Position numbers and translations under genes: made by a program. The notes under the pieces are model-generated. The model was not told where the DNA came from. It did no database searches and saw nothing but the letters and a program-made list of their open reading frames with translations. DNA of 64,000 bases from an uncultured Gemmatimonadales bacterium (GTDB lineage Bacteria > Gemmatimonadota > Gemmatimonadetes > Gemmatimonadales > GWC2-71-9), in assembly GCA_963821385.1 (NCBI GenBank), contig CAWGDK010000005.1, positions 31,538 to 95,537 on the forward strand, read 5' to 3'. Positions 55,262 to 64,000 of this stretch are shown piece by piece; within the stretch, counting starts at the first letter, position 1; each line of letters opens with the position of its first letter.

Positions 55262-55483
55262 CTACTCGAGCAGGCGCTTCGGCGCGGGCGGGGATTCCGA
55301 GGAGCGCGGCGGGGCCGGGTCATCGGGACGCCCCATGGCGTCCTGCGCTTCGTTCAGGGAACGACGGAAATCCCGTAACCCTCGCCCAATGCTGCGCCCG
55401 GCCTCCGGCAACCCCTTCCCACCGAACACGAGCAGGGCGATCACCAGAAGAATCACGATTTCGCCTGCGCTCAGGTTACCCAC
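55262..55483 (-). CDS. tatA: twin-arginine translocase subunit TatA/E (copy 2)
   Basis: GNLSAGEIVILLVIALLVFGGKGLPEAGRSIGRGLRDFRRS. GTG 55483 follows the upstream tatA stop. Confidence 0.8.
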   Translation of the reverse strand: MGNLSAGEIVILLVIALLVFGGKGLPEAGRSIGRGLRDFRRSLNEAQDAMGRPDDPAPPRSSESPPAPKRLLE

Positions 55484-55496
55484 ACCCCCACCCTGC

Positions 55497-55730
55497 CTAC
55501 TGGTTGAGGCGTTTGGGTTCTCCGCCACTCGGGGGCACCGTCGAAGACGTGCCGGTAGGGGGCGGGGTGAGTGGCGGTTGCGGTTGCTCGCCGCTCACCT
55601 CTTTCAAGCTGTTCTTGAACTCCCGAATGCCCTTCCCCAGCGATGAGCCGATCTCGGGAATCCGTTTCGCACCGAATACCAGCAGCGCGATGACGAGCAG
55701 AATCAGGATGTGCGGCAGTGACAATTCCAT
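55497..55730 (-). CDS. tatA: twin-arginine translocase subunit TatA/E (copy 1)
   Basis: MELSLPHILILLVIALLVFGAKRIPEIGSSLGKGIREFKNS. Confidence 0.85.
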   Translation of the reverse strand: MELSLPHILILLVIALLVFGAKRIPEIGSSLGKGIREFKNSLKEVSGEQPQPPLTPPPTGTSSTVPPSGGEPKRLNQ

Positions 55731-55741
55731 ATGATGCTCCT

Positions 55742-56014
55742 CTAGAAGAGCGACCGGGCCACGAAATAGGCGATCGCCACACCCAGTACCGAGAGCAGCG
55801 AGACCTCGAGGCCGATCGGCCCCAATGTGATCGACACGACGAGCAGGTCCAGATGCAGCGGGCCGATCGTCGGCGTGACCGCCGTGGTAAAGAACTCCTT
55901 GGCGGCGCCGGGGGGCAAGAACCGTCGCAGCAGCGCGTGCAGGAAACCACCCAGCACGAACCCTGCTGCGAGCACTCCCAGGTAAAATAACGGACGCCGC
56001 GGACCGCGCGCCAC
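55742..56014 (-). CDS. small two-helix membrane protein (DUF4321-like)
   Basis: 90-aa ORF with two hydrophobic helices, coupled between ispB and tatA. Confidence 0.45.
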   Translation of the reverse strand: MARGPRRPLFYLGVLAAGFVLGGFLHALLRRFLPPGAAKEFFTTAVTPTIGPLHLDLLVVSITLGPIGLEVSLLSVLGVAIAYFVARSLF

Positions 56015-56017
56015 GCG

Positions 56018-57011
56018 TCAGCTCCGGCGCTCGATCGCGTAGGCGATACAGTCCCGCAGGGCTTCCCGCGCCGGCGTGGGCGGCAGCACCGCAAGCTCCG
56101 CCTCGGCCTGTTGGGCCAAATCCAAGGCCCGGCGCCGGGCATACTCCAGCCCCCCGGCGGTCTCCGTCAGGTGGATCACCTCCGCCACCTGGGCGTCGGT
56201 CGGGTCCGCCGTGTCCATCAACTGTTTCACGACCTGTCGTTCCCCGTTCGAAAGCCGGGGTATGGCCGCGATCAGCGGGAGGGTGACTTTGTGCTCCTTC
56301 AGATCGAGGCCTGACGGTTTCCCCGTCACGGCCTCGGATTGTGTGTAGTCGAGCAGATCGTCGGTGATCTGAAACGCCATCCCGAGCAGCATCCCGAAGC
56401 GGCTGAGCGCTTCGCGCTCCGGCGTCGGCGCCTGGAGCGCGGCGACTTCGCACGCTCCCGAGAGGAGGGAAGCGGTCTTGGCCCGGATAAGCAGGTCGTA
56501 CTGCACTTCGCCGTACGCGAGCTTGTCGTGGGCTTCGAGCTGGCGCATCTCCCCGATCGACATCTCGTTCGTGACTCGCGCGAACACCCGGAGCGGCTCC
56601 AGGTCACCCCCGCGCACCAGCTCGATGATCGCGCGGGAATAGAGATAGTCCCCCATGATCACGGCGACCTGATGGGAGAACAGCGCGTTGAGCGTCGGCA
56701 TGCCGCGGCGCAGCGCGGAGTGATCCACCGAATCGTCGTGCACCAGGGTCGCGAGGTGAATCAACTCCACGACCGCCGCCAGCGTCACGATCGGCGTGTC
56801 CCCCGCCCCCCCCTGCTGCGCGGTGGCTGAGCAACAGCAGCGTGGGCCGGAACAGCTTGCCCTTCATGCGGAGCAGGTGGTCGTTGGCGTCGGCGATGAT
56901 GGGAAAGTCGGCGGCGATGATGCGGCGCAGCTCGAGTGCCACCCGCTCGAGGTCGTCCGCGACCAGGCGCTGCAGGTCGGGCAAGGTCACGCGGAGCACC
57001 TGTTCGCTCAC
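56018..57011 (-). pseudogene. ispB: polyprenyl (octaprenyl-type) diphosphate synthase, frame broken by +1 nt in a G8/G5 run
   Basis: From GTG 57011 the N-terminal 70 aa (..HLLRMKGKLFRPTLLLLS) read in one frame. TLAAVVELIHLATLVHDDSVD (first DDxxD) and FQITDDLLD (second DDxxD) read in the next frame. The junction is at 56800-56813. The span is 994 nt = 3n+1. Confidence 0.8.
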
Positions 57012-57012
57012 G

Positions 57013-59335
57013 TCAGCGCGCCTTGGCCAGCGCCTTGACCCGCGCGCCCACGTCCATGAAGCGGATGTCCACGGCGAATACGCGACCGTACAGATCGCGG
57101 GCGTCGGCAGCCTTGCCTTGCTCCTCCAATGAACGCCCCAACCAGTACAGGATGCCCAACCGTTCCTGATCGCCCGTGGACGGCAGATCCAGCGCCCGCC
57201 GGAGAATCGACTCGGCGACGCCGAACGCTCCCTTGTCGTGGAAGCACACACCCAGGGCCTCCGAGGTCCGGAGCTTCCCGTCCGGCGCCCGCAGGGCCTT
57301 CTGGAATTCGGCGATCGCTTCGTCGAGCAATCCCATTTCCTTGAACGCCACGCCCAGATCATAGTGCGATTGGAAATCGGTTTCTTCGATGTTCTCGTCG
57401 ATTCCCTGGCGGAAACGCGCGAGCATCTCGCGGAAATCCTGTTCCTCGTCCCCGGTGGGCTCCTCGTCCTCCACCTTCATCCGGGTGTCCCGCGGCTCGT
57501 CCTCCTCCATGATCATCGCGCCGAGATCGACAAAGTCCCCGACATCCACGGTCTCGTCGCGGACGCGCATCTTGGCGTCCTTGGCGGCTGTCTTGCCTTC
57601 CTTCTTCGGCGGCGCGGGCGGCGGCGCCAGCATAGCCAGGGCCGCGCGGGCGCGATCGTTCTTCGGGTCGTGCTCGACCACGCGCTCGTACACGGCGCGC
57701 GCCTTGTCCCCCAAGTCTCGCGCGCAGCAGCGTGTCGGCCAGCTCGAGGTACGCGTCGATCAGACTGCCTTTGTCCCCGGACTTGAAGGCGAACTCGACC
57801 TGTTTTTGCCGGTGCCGTACGCTATTCGGGTCGAGGCGCAGGATCTCATCCACCAGCCCCTGCGCGTGCTGGAGATTGTCCGCGCCTTCGAACCCGGCGG
57901 TGGCGATATCCAGCTCCTCGATGCCGCGCTCCCGCTCACCGGCCTCGATCAACGCTTCACCCAGCGCCTGGTGCGCTTCGGCATCGTCGGGGTCGTCCGC
58001 GACGCGTGATTCCAGCTCCTCGATCGTCGGGGCGGCCGGCGTTTCCTCCGCGAGTCCTTCGAAGACCAGCGCGGGTATTTCCTCTTCCTTCACGACGTCG
58101 AGACCCAGATCGATCCCCGCGGTCGCGCCTTCGTCGATCGTGAGGGGCTCGTCGTCCACGTCATGGTGACGCGCCGTGGTGGAGGTCTCGACGACGTCCG
58201 TATCGAAATCCGGTTCCAGCTCCAGTGGTGGGATTTCGACGACGGTTTTCCGCTTGGCGGGCGGGGTCACCGGAGGCGCGGGAGGCGGCGGCGGTGCCGC
58301 GGCGACTTCTTCCTCGACGACGTCCTCGACGACGTCCTCGACGACGTCCTCGACGACGTCGTCCATCAGGTTCACGTCCGCGATCGGCTCGACTTCGTCC
58401 GGTTCATCCAGCTCCGGGATCATCGTCGGCTCGAGCCCGGCGAGCGGCGAGGCATCCGGGGGAATCTCTTCGTCGCGGATGGAACGGATGTTGGATACGG
58501 TCTTGCGAACCTGCTGAAAGTCTTCGCCCGTCACCTCGAGACCGTCCAGCGCCTCGGCGCCCTGCGTGAGATGCAGGTCCTCGGCGAGGCTCGTGGGTTC
58601 GATTGCTCCGGCGGCGGGCGGCGGGGGTTCGACCTTCGCCGCCGGTGGCATCACGGGCGGGGCCTTGGCGACCGGCGGCGCCACCGGACGGCCGGGCACC
58701 GGCTTCGCTTTGGCCGGCTCGTCCAGATCGAGAAACACGAGACTCGACGTCTTCCGCTTCGTTTTCGGTGGCACGGCGGGGGTCGCCACCGTCGTGCGCG
58801 CCCCCGGCGTGGACAGGCGCGCCTGCAGCTCCGGTCCACCGTACGCGCGCAGATGCTCTTCGAGCATCTGGCGCAACTGCTCTCCTTCCGAGGAGATGTC
58901 GGCGAATTCCTTCAGGGCGTTGAACGCCTGTTGGATGGCTCCCGCCTTCTGCATCCGCTCGGCATATTCGATGAAGTTCTGCTTCGCTTCGCCGGCGAAC
59001 CCCTTCGCGGCGTACAGCTTGGCGAGTTTCAGGTAGGTGGTGGGACGCCCGGGTGCGTTGCGCAGCACCTTGTTGCACATCGCGATCGCATTGTTGTGGA
59101 ACCCCAACTCGGCGTAGCGGTCGACCGCGCGGTCGTAGTAGTCCGCGGCCTGCCCCGGGTCCTTCACCTTGAGAAAGAGATCTCCGATGCGGTTGAAGAT
59201 TCCCAAATCGGGATTGGGATCGCTTTCATCTTCCTGCGCCCGCAGGACCTCGAGCCAGGCGTCAATGGCGACTCGGGAATCGCCCTTGGCTTCCAGGGTG
59301 CGCGCCCGCTCTTTGAGCTTCTCAAGCTTCGACAT
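57013..59335 (-). pseudogene. large TPR-repeat protein with acidic/Pro-rich centre, frame broken by +1 nt in a G5 run
   Basis: ORF 57359..59335 is coherent up to ..IDAYLELADTLLRA, then Arg-rich nonsense. ORF 57013..57714 continues GDKARAVYERVVEHDPKNDRA... The junction is at 57708-57712. The span is 2323 nt = 3n+1. Confidence 0.7.
58311..58358 (-). repeat. perfect 12-nt tandem repeat x4 (tcctcgacgacg) encoding (DVVE)n
   Basis: Direct reading of the sequence. It translates as DDVVEDVVEDVVEDVVEEE inside the TPR protein. Confidence 0.95.
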
Positions 59336-60581
59336 GGAGACCTAAAGATACCGGACCCGCCGGACGCGGACAAGCGAAACCCCCTGTCCAGACGTCGGTT
59401 ACGAGATTCGCGCCCACCCAATACGCCGCTTCCCGCCAGTCGGCGACCGCACAGGCGACCAGATCGGCGGCAAACCCTGGTGCAATTTGTCCATGGTCAT
59501 GGGCCATCCCGAGCGCGGCCGCGGCGTTCACCGTCACCGCAAGCACCGCTTCGCTATGGCGCAAACCCAGCTGACTGACCGCGAGACTCATGACCAGCGG
59601 CAGTCCCACGGTAGGCGAGCTGCCGGGGTTGAAGTCGCTCGCGAGCGCGACCGCGGCGCCCGCCTCGATGAGCTGGCGGGCCGGGGCCTGTCGTCGGGTA
59701 CCCAAAAAGCTCATCGTCGCGGGAAGCAACACGGCCACCGTGGGACTCGCAGCGAGGGCACGGATACCGGCGTCGGATACCCCGGCCAGGTGGTCGGCGG
59801 AAAGCGCGCCCAGCTCAGCGGCGAGCTGGGCGCCGCCGGATCCTTCGAGCTCGTCGGCGTGCAACTTGAGCGCGAGCCCATGCGCGCGGGCCGCGGCCAG
59901 CACCGCGCGCGATTCCGCCACCGAGAACACCCCAGGTTCGCAAAACACATCGCAGGCCTTTGCCAGGCCTTCCCGGGCGATCACCGGGAGCATCTCCTCG
60001 ATGACCAGGCGCAGGTACGCCTCGCGCCGCGAACGGTATTCGGGCGGCACTTCGTGCGCGCCCAGGAACGAGGGAACGAGGGACAGTCGTTCGGTGTGGG
60101 CCAGTCGTTGCATCACCCGGAGCTGCTTCACCTCGGTTTCGAGATCGAGCCCGTAACCGGATTTGACTTCGATCGTGGTGCTGCCATGCGCCCGCAGTGT
60201 GATCAGTCGGGTCCGAGCCAGCTGCTCCAGCTCGGACTCCGAGCGCGCGCGGACGTCTCGCACCGACTGGAGAATCCCGCCCCCCGCAGCCGCGATGGTC
60301 TGATAGGTCTCCCCCAACGCGCGGCGTTGGTGATCATCGATCCGCGGCGCACCGAAGATCGCATGCGTGTGACAGTCGATGAAACCGGGAAACAGCACGC
60401 CCGGCACCTCGACGGCTGGAAGGGCGGCATAACTCCGGGGCGCCTCGACGCGGGCACCCACCCAGGCGATGCGGTCGCCCTCGATGGCAACCGCGGCGTC
60501 GGTCAGCACCTCCAACTCCGCCAGCTCTCTGCCGCGACGCGCCCGCGCTGGTCCGCGGCACGTCACCAGTTGTCGCGCCAA
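59322..60581 (-). CDS. hutI: imidazolonepropionase
   Basis: Amidohydrolase fold, GFIDCHTH, KLHADE. Confidence 0.9.
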   Translation of the reverse strand: MARQLVTCRGPARARRGRELAELEVLTDAAVAIEGDRIAWVGARVEAPRSYAALPAVEVPGVLFPGFIDCHTHAIFGAPRIDDHQRRALGETYQTIAAAGGGILQSVRDVRARSESELEQLARTRLITLRAHGSTTIEVKSGYGLDLETEVKQLRVMQRLAHTERLSLVPSFLGAHEVPPEYRSRREAYLRLVIEEMLPVIAREGLAKACDVFCEPGVFSVAESRAVLAAARAHGLALKLHADELEGSGGAQLAAELGALSADHLAGVSDAGIRALAASPTVAVLLPATMSFLGTRRQAPARQLIEAGAAVALASDFNPGSSPTVGLPLVMSLAVSQLGLRHSEAVLAVTVNAAAALGMAHDHGQIAPGFAADLVACAVADWREAAYWVGANLVTDVWTGGFACPRPAGPVSLGLHVEA

Positions 60582-60595
60582 CAGGATCTGCGCGG

Positions 60596-62260
60596 TCAGT
60601 CGTTTGCCTCGAGCATCGGCAGGCGGAGCCCCTCGCGCCGCGCCGTCGCGATCGCCTCGGGATAGCCGGCGTCTGCATGACGGGCAACACCGATCCCCGG
60701 ATCATTGGTCAGCACCCGGGCGAGACGACGGCCGGCCTCCGGTGTGCCGTCGGCGACGATGACTTGTCCGGCGTGCAGGGAGTTTCCGATCCCAACCCCG
60801 CCGCCGTGGTGGAAGGACACCCAGGACGCCCCCGACGCCGTGTTGAGCAGCGCGTTGAGAATCGCCCAATCGGCGATGGCGTCGGATCCATCGCGCATGC
60901 CCTCCGTTTCCCGGAAGGGCGATGCGACGCTGCCGGTATCGAGATGATCGCGGCCGATCACGATCGGCGCCGTGAGCTCCCCGCGCGCGACCAGGTCGTT
61001 CAAGGCGACCCCGAAGCGCGCCCGTTCGCCCTGCCCCAGCCAGCAGATGCGGGCTGGCAGACCCTGAAACACCACGCGCTCCCGTGCCAACCGAATCCAG
61101 CGGGACAGATGCTCATCTTCGGGAAATAGGTCCAGCACGAGACGATCAGTCCGCTCCAGATCCTTGGGGTCACCCGAGAGCGCGACCCAGCGGAACGGGC
61201 CTTTCCCCTCGCAGAAGAGCGGTCGGATGTATTCCGGCACGAACCCCGGGATTTCGAACGCCTCTTTCACGCCCGCATCGGCGGCGACGGTGCGGATGTT
61301 GTTCCCGTAGTCGAACGTGATCGCACCCGCCCGTTGCAGCGCCAGCATAGCGCGCACATGCGTGGCGATGCTCTCCTCAGCGCGCCGGGTATAGGCGCCT
61401 GGGTCGGTGCCGCGCAGGGCCGTCGCGTCCGCGAGGGACAATCCGGAGGGGACGTAGCCATTCAACGTATCGTGGGCCGAGGTCTGATCGGTGACGACAT
61501 CCGGGACGACACCGCGGCGCACTAATTCCGGCAGGACCTCGGCACAATTCCCGATGACGCCCACCGAGAGCGCGGTGCCCGTCCGGCGGGCGGCATCGCA
61601 CCAGCGCAGCGCTTCACCCAGGTCGGCGGTCGCCTGATCCAAATAGCGAGTCGCCACCCGGCGTTCCACCCGCTCGCGGTCGACGTCCACGACCAGGCAG
61701 ACGCCATCCTGCATGGTTGCCGCCAGTGGCTGGGCACCGCCCATTCCACCCAACCCGCCCGTCACGACCAGCCGCCCACGCAGCGATCCACCAAAATGAC
61801 GCCGCGCCACGGCGCCAAACGTTTCGTAGGTGCCCTGGAGGATGCCTTGCGTCCCGATATAGATCCACGAACCCGCCGTCATCTGCCCGTACATGATCAA
61901 GCCGCGCCGTTCCAGGTCCCGGAACACGTCCCACGTCGCCCAGCGTCCGACCAGATTCGCGTTGGCAATCAGCACACGGGGCGCATCGGCATGCGTCGTG
62001 AACACACCCACCGGCTTGCCGGACTGCACCAGCAGCGTCTCGTCGTTCCCCAAGTTGCGCAGCGCGCGCACGATGGCGTCGTACGCATCCCAGTTTCGCG
62101 CGGCGCGTCCCGTGCCACCGTAGACCACGAGATCCTGGGGACGTTCCGCCACCTCCGGATCGAGGTTGTTCATCAGCATCCGCAGGGCGGCTTCCTGGAT
62201 CCAGCCACGACACGAGCGCTCCGTACCGCGAGGAGCCCGGACGACGCGGGGACCGCTCAC
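60596..62260 (-). CDS. hutU: urocanate hydratase
   Basis: 554 aa. [16 protein letters not shown] site and typical urocanase blocks ([23 protein letters not shown]). Confidence 0.95.
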   Translation of the reverse strand: MSGPRVVRAPRGTERSCRGWIQEAALRMLMNNLDPEVAERPQDLVVYGGTGRAARNWDAYDAIVRALRNLGNDETLLVQSGKPVGVFTTHADAPRVLIANANLVGRWATWDVFRDLERRGLIMYGQMTAGSWIYIGTQGILQGTYETFGAVARRHFGGSLRGRLVVTGGLGGMGGAQPLAATMQDGVCLVVDVDRERVERRVATRYLDQATADLGEALRWCDAARRTGTALSVGVIGNCAEVLPELVRRGVVPDVVTDQTSAHDTLNGYVPSGLSLADATALRGTDPGAYTRRAEESIATHVRAMLALQRAGAITFDYGNNIRTVAADAGVKEAFEIPGFVPEYIRPLFCEGKGPFRWVALSGDPKDLERTDRLVLDLFPEDEHLSRWIRLARERVVFQGLPARICWLGQGERARFGVALNDLVARGELTAPIVIGRDHLDTGSVASPFRETEGMRDGSDAIADWAILNALLNTASGASWVSFHHGGGVGIGNSLHAGQVIVADGTPEAGRRLARVLTNDPGIGVARHADAGYPEAIATARREGLRLPMLEAND

Positions 62261-63744
62261 GGCTTGACCTCAGGCGCGAACTCCCCGGCCTGGATCCCCA
62301 GGGCGACCCGCTCGATCTCCTCCCCCATCGGCCGGTCGGCGACGAGCGGTGCCGCGAATCGCCGCACCGCCTCATAGATGCGCGCCACGCCACGACCCGG
62401 CCGCAGTGGTTTGAGAAACTCCAGGCCCTGCGCCCCTGCCAGTAACTCGATCGCCACGACCCGCGCGGCGTCGTCGTGGATGCGCCGGGCCTTCCATGCC
62501 GCCGTCATCCCCATGGGAACAACATCTTCCTGATTCCCCTCGGTGGGGATGGACTGCACGCTGGCTGGATTGGCCAAGACGCGCGCGTCGGCGACCAGCG
62601 CCGCCGCCGCGATTTGGGCGGTCATGAATCCCGAGTCGAGGCCGGGATCGCGCGCCAGGAACGCCGGCAACCCTGACGACAGGTCCGGATTCACGACCCG
62701 CTCCAGGCGACGCTCTGCGAGCCCCGCCAACGTGACGAGCGCGATCCCCAGGACATCGAGGGCGAACGCGATCGGTTGACCGTGGAAGTTGCCCCCGGAG
62801 AGCACCTCGGCCCCAAACACGAGCGGGTTGTCCGTCGCCGCATTCAGCTCGGTAACCACGAGTCGCTCCGCAAACGCGATCCCCTCCCCCACCGCCCCCA
62901 GGATCTGGGGCGTACAGCGCAAGGAATAGGCGTCCTGCACGCGCGGGTCATCGTGCCGGTGCGATTCGCGGATTTCCGAATCGTCCAGCAAGTCCCGCAA
63001 CAACGCTGCGGATCGCTGTTGAAACGGGTGCGGGCGGGCCGCGTGAATCCGCGCGTCGAAGGGGACCGGTGTGCCACGCACCGCTTCCAGGCTCATCGCC
63101 GCGGCCGCATGCGCGGTTCGCCAGAGCGTCCACGCATCATGGACCAGGAGCGCCGCCAGCCCGGTCTGTGCCTGCGTGCCATTGACGAACGCGATGCCTT
63201 CCTTCGCTTCCAATGTCACGGGCGTCAGCCCGGCGGCGCGCAATCGGGCGCCATCGGCGCCCTCCCCGATCAGCGCCAACGCCAGATGCGACAGGGGCGC
63301 CAGATCGCCCGAGGCCCCGACGCTCCCCTGGGACGGGACGACGGGATGGAGATTCGCATTCAGCATCGCGACCAGCGTCTCGGCGAGGACCGGCCGGACC
63401 CCACTGGTCTCCATGAGCAGCACGTTGGCGCGCAGCAGCATCATCGCCCGGACGGCCTCGACCGGCAGCGGCTCGCCGACGCCGGACGCATGGCTACGGA
63501 TGAGGTTCAGCTGCAGGTCCCGCAGGCGATCCGGAGGGATGCGGACGTGCGCCAGTTTTCCAAACCCGGTGTTCACGCCATAAATGGTCTCCCCCCGCGC
63601 CAACGCCGCTTCGATGGCGGCGCGCGACTGCGCAACGCGCGCCCGTGCCGCCGGCGCGATGGCGATGGGGGCGTTCTGTCGGGAAGCCGTGACCACGTCC
63701 GCGACCGTGAGGGACCGGCCGTCCAGGGTGATGGTGGAGGGCAT
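62257..63744 (-). CDS. hutH: histidine ammonia-lyase
   Basis: MIO-forming [16 protein letters not shown] motif; 495 aa. Confidence 0.95.
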   Translation of the reverse strand: MPSTITLDGRSLTVADVVTASRQNAPIAIAPAARARVAQSRAAIEAALARGETIYGVNTGFGKLAHVRIPPDRLRDLQLNLIRSHASGVGEPLPVEAVRAMMLLRANVLLMETSGVRPVLAETLVAMLNANLHPVVPSQGSVGASGDLAPLSHLALALIGEGADGARLRAAGLTPVTLEAKEGIAFVNGTQAQTGLAALLVHDAWTLWRTAHAAAAMSLEAVRGTPVPFDARIHAARPHPFQQRSAALLRDLLDDSEIRESHRHDDPRVQDAYSLRCTPQILGAVGEGIAFAERLVVTELNAATDNPLVFGAEVLSGGNFHGQPIAFALDVLGIALVTLAGLAERRLERVVNPDLSSGLPAFLARDPGLDSGFMTAQIAAAALVADARVLANPASVQSIPTEGNQEDVVPMGMTAAWKARRIHDDAARVVAIELLAGAQGLEFLKPLRPGRGVARIYEAVRRFAAPLVADRPMGEEIERVALGIQAGEFAPEVKP

Positions 63745-63767
63745 GCTGAGGCAGGAAGCTACGCGAC

Positions 63768-63797
63768 GAGCCCGGCGCGTGCCAACGCGCCGGGCTC
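63768..63797 (-). terminator. perfect 12-bp GC hairpin downstream of the truncated gene at the window end
   Basis: GAGCCCGGCGCG-UUGGCA-CGCGCCGGGCUC on the minus strand, 24 nt after the stop at 63821. No U-tract. Confidence 0.4.
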
Positions 63798-63820
63798 GCG
63801 GGACCTACAGGAGGCGTCGA

Positions 63821-64000
63821 CTACCGGGCGCCGGCGACCTCGATGCCGGTCTCGACCGATGTTGGAAGATTGCCGCGCACCACCAGCTCTGGATTCCCCT
63901 GGTCGGTTTGCAGGCTCCAATCGAAGATCAAGTAGTTCCGACCCACGTGCGTGACACGCAATGCCGCATACCGCAACGTGCTTCCTTCGACGATCTGGAA
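63821..64000 (-). CDS. 3' end (59 codons) of an unidentified gene continuing beyond the window
   Basis: Open minus-strand frame from the window edge to TAG at 63823..63821 (..FQIVEGSTLRYAALRVTHVGRNYLIFDWSLQTDQGNPELVVRGNL..). Confidence 0.4.
   Translation of the reverse strand, partial: FQIVEGSTLRYAALRVTHVGRNYLIFDWSLQTDQGNPELVVRGNLPTSVETGIEVAGAR

Overview
High-G+C bacterial chromosomal segment. The gene content resembles Gemmatimonadota or another FCB-group bacterium, but that taxon call is inference only. Product calls rest on motifs I recognise by eye; no searches were run.

There are three blocks.

(1) 1-13.5 kb, + strand: a tightly coupled cell-surface polysaccharide locus. It encodes AsnB-type amidotransferase, a Wzx-like flippase, a Wzy/O-antigen-ligase-like protein, GT4 and GT2 glycosyltransferases, an ATP-grasp ligase and a NodB deacetylase. 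It also holds an unusual number of thymidylate-kinase-fold P-loop proteins, two of them paralogs flanking asnB-wzx.

(2) 13.5-30.5 kb, mostly - strand: an accessory surface-protein island.
- Two giant Ig-repeat lipoproteins (1407 and about 1531 aa) and one short one (472 aa) all end in the same metallophosphoesterase module.
- A VanZ-like membrane protein lies between them and the next group.
- Three paralogous right-handed beta-helix lipoproteins follow.
- The main finding: three copies of a ~90-nt structured element in the - strand leaders match the GEMM-I cyclic-dinucleotide riboswitch architecture. One precedes the Big_2/beta-helix gene; a tandem pair precedes the short metallophosphoesterase gene.
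- The copies show compensatory base changes between them and have terminator-type expression platforms.
- All three carry A at the ligand-contacting position that is G20 in the V. cholerae Vc2 aptamer. This is the GEMM-Ib / 3',3'-cGAMP-type signature.

(3) 30.6-64 kb: housekeeping genes, almost all on the - strand and packed with 1-4 nt start/stop overlaps. In order: PQQ sugar dehydrogenase, hflX, rarA, ZIP, cca, SDR, gmhA, a PcrB/GGGP-synthase homolog, alaS, recX, recA, yraN, ftsK, comB, accC, pilT, accB, pepP, aroQ, TPR, ppiD (+), tatA x2, ispB, TPR, hutIUH.

Three genes are each interrupted by a single extra base in a G/C homopolymer: the beta-helix lipoprotein, ispB and a TPR protein. I read this as assembly or sequencing error rather than biology.

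No rRNA, tRNA, CRISPR array, transposase or integrase was seen.
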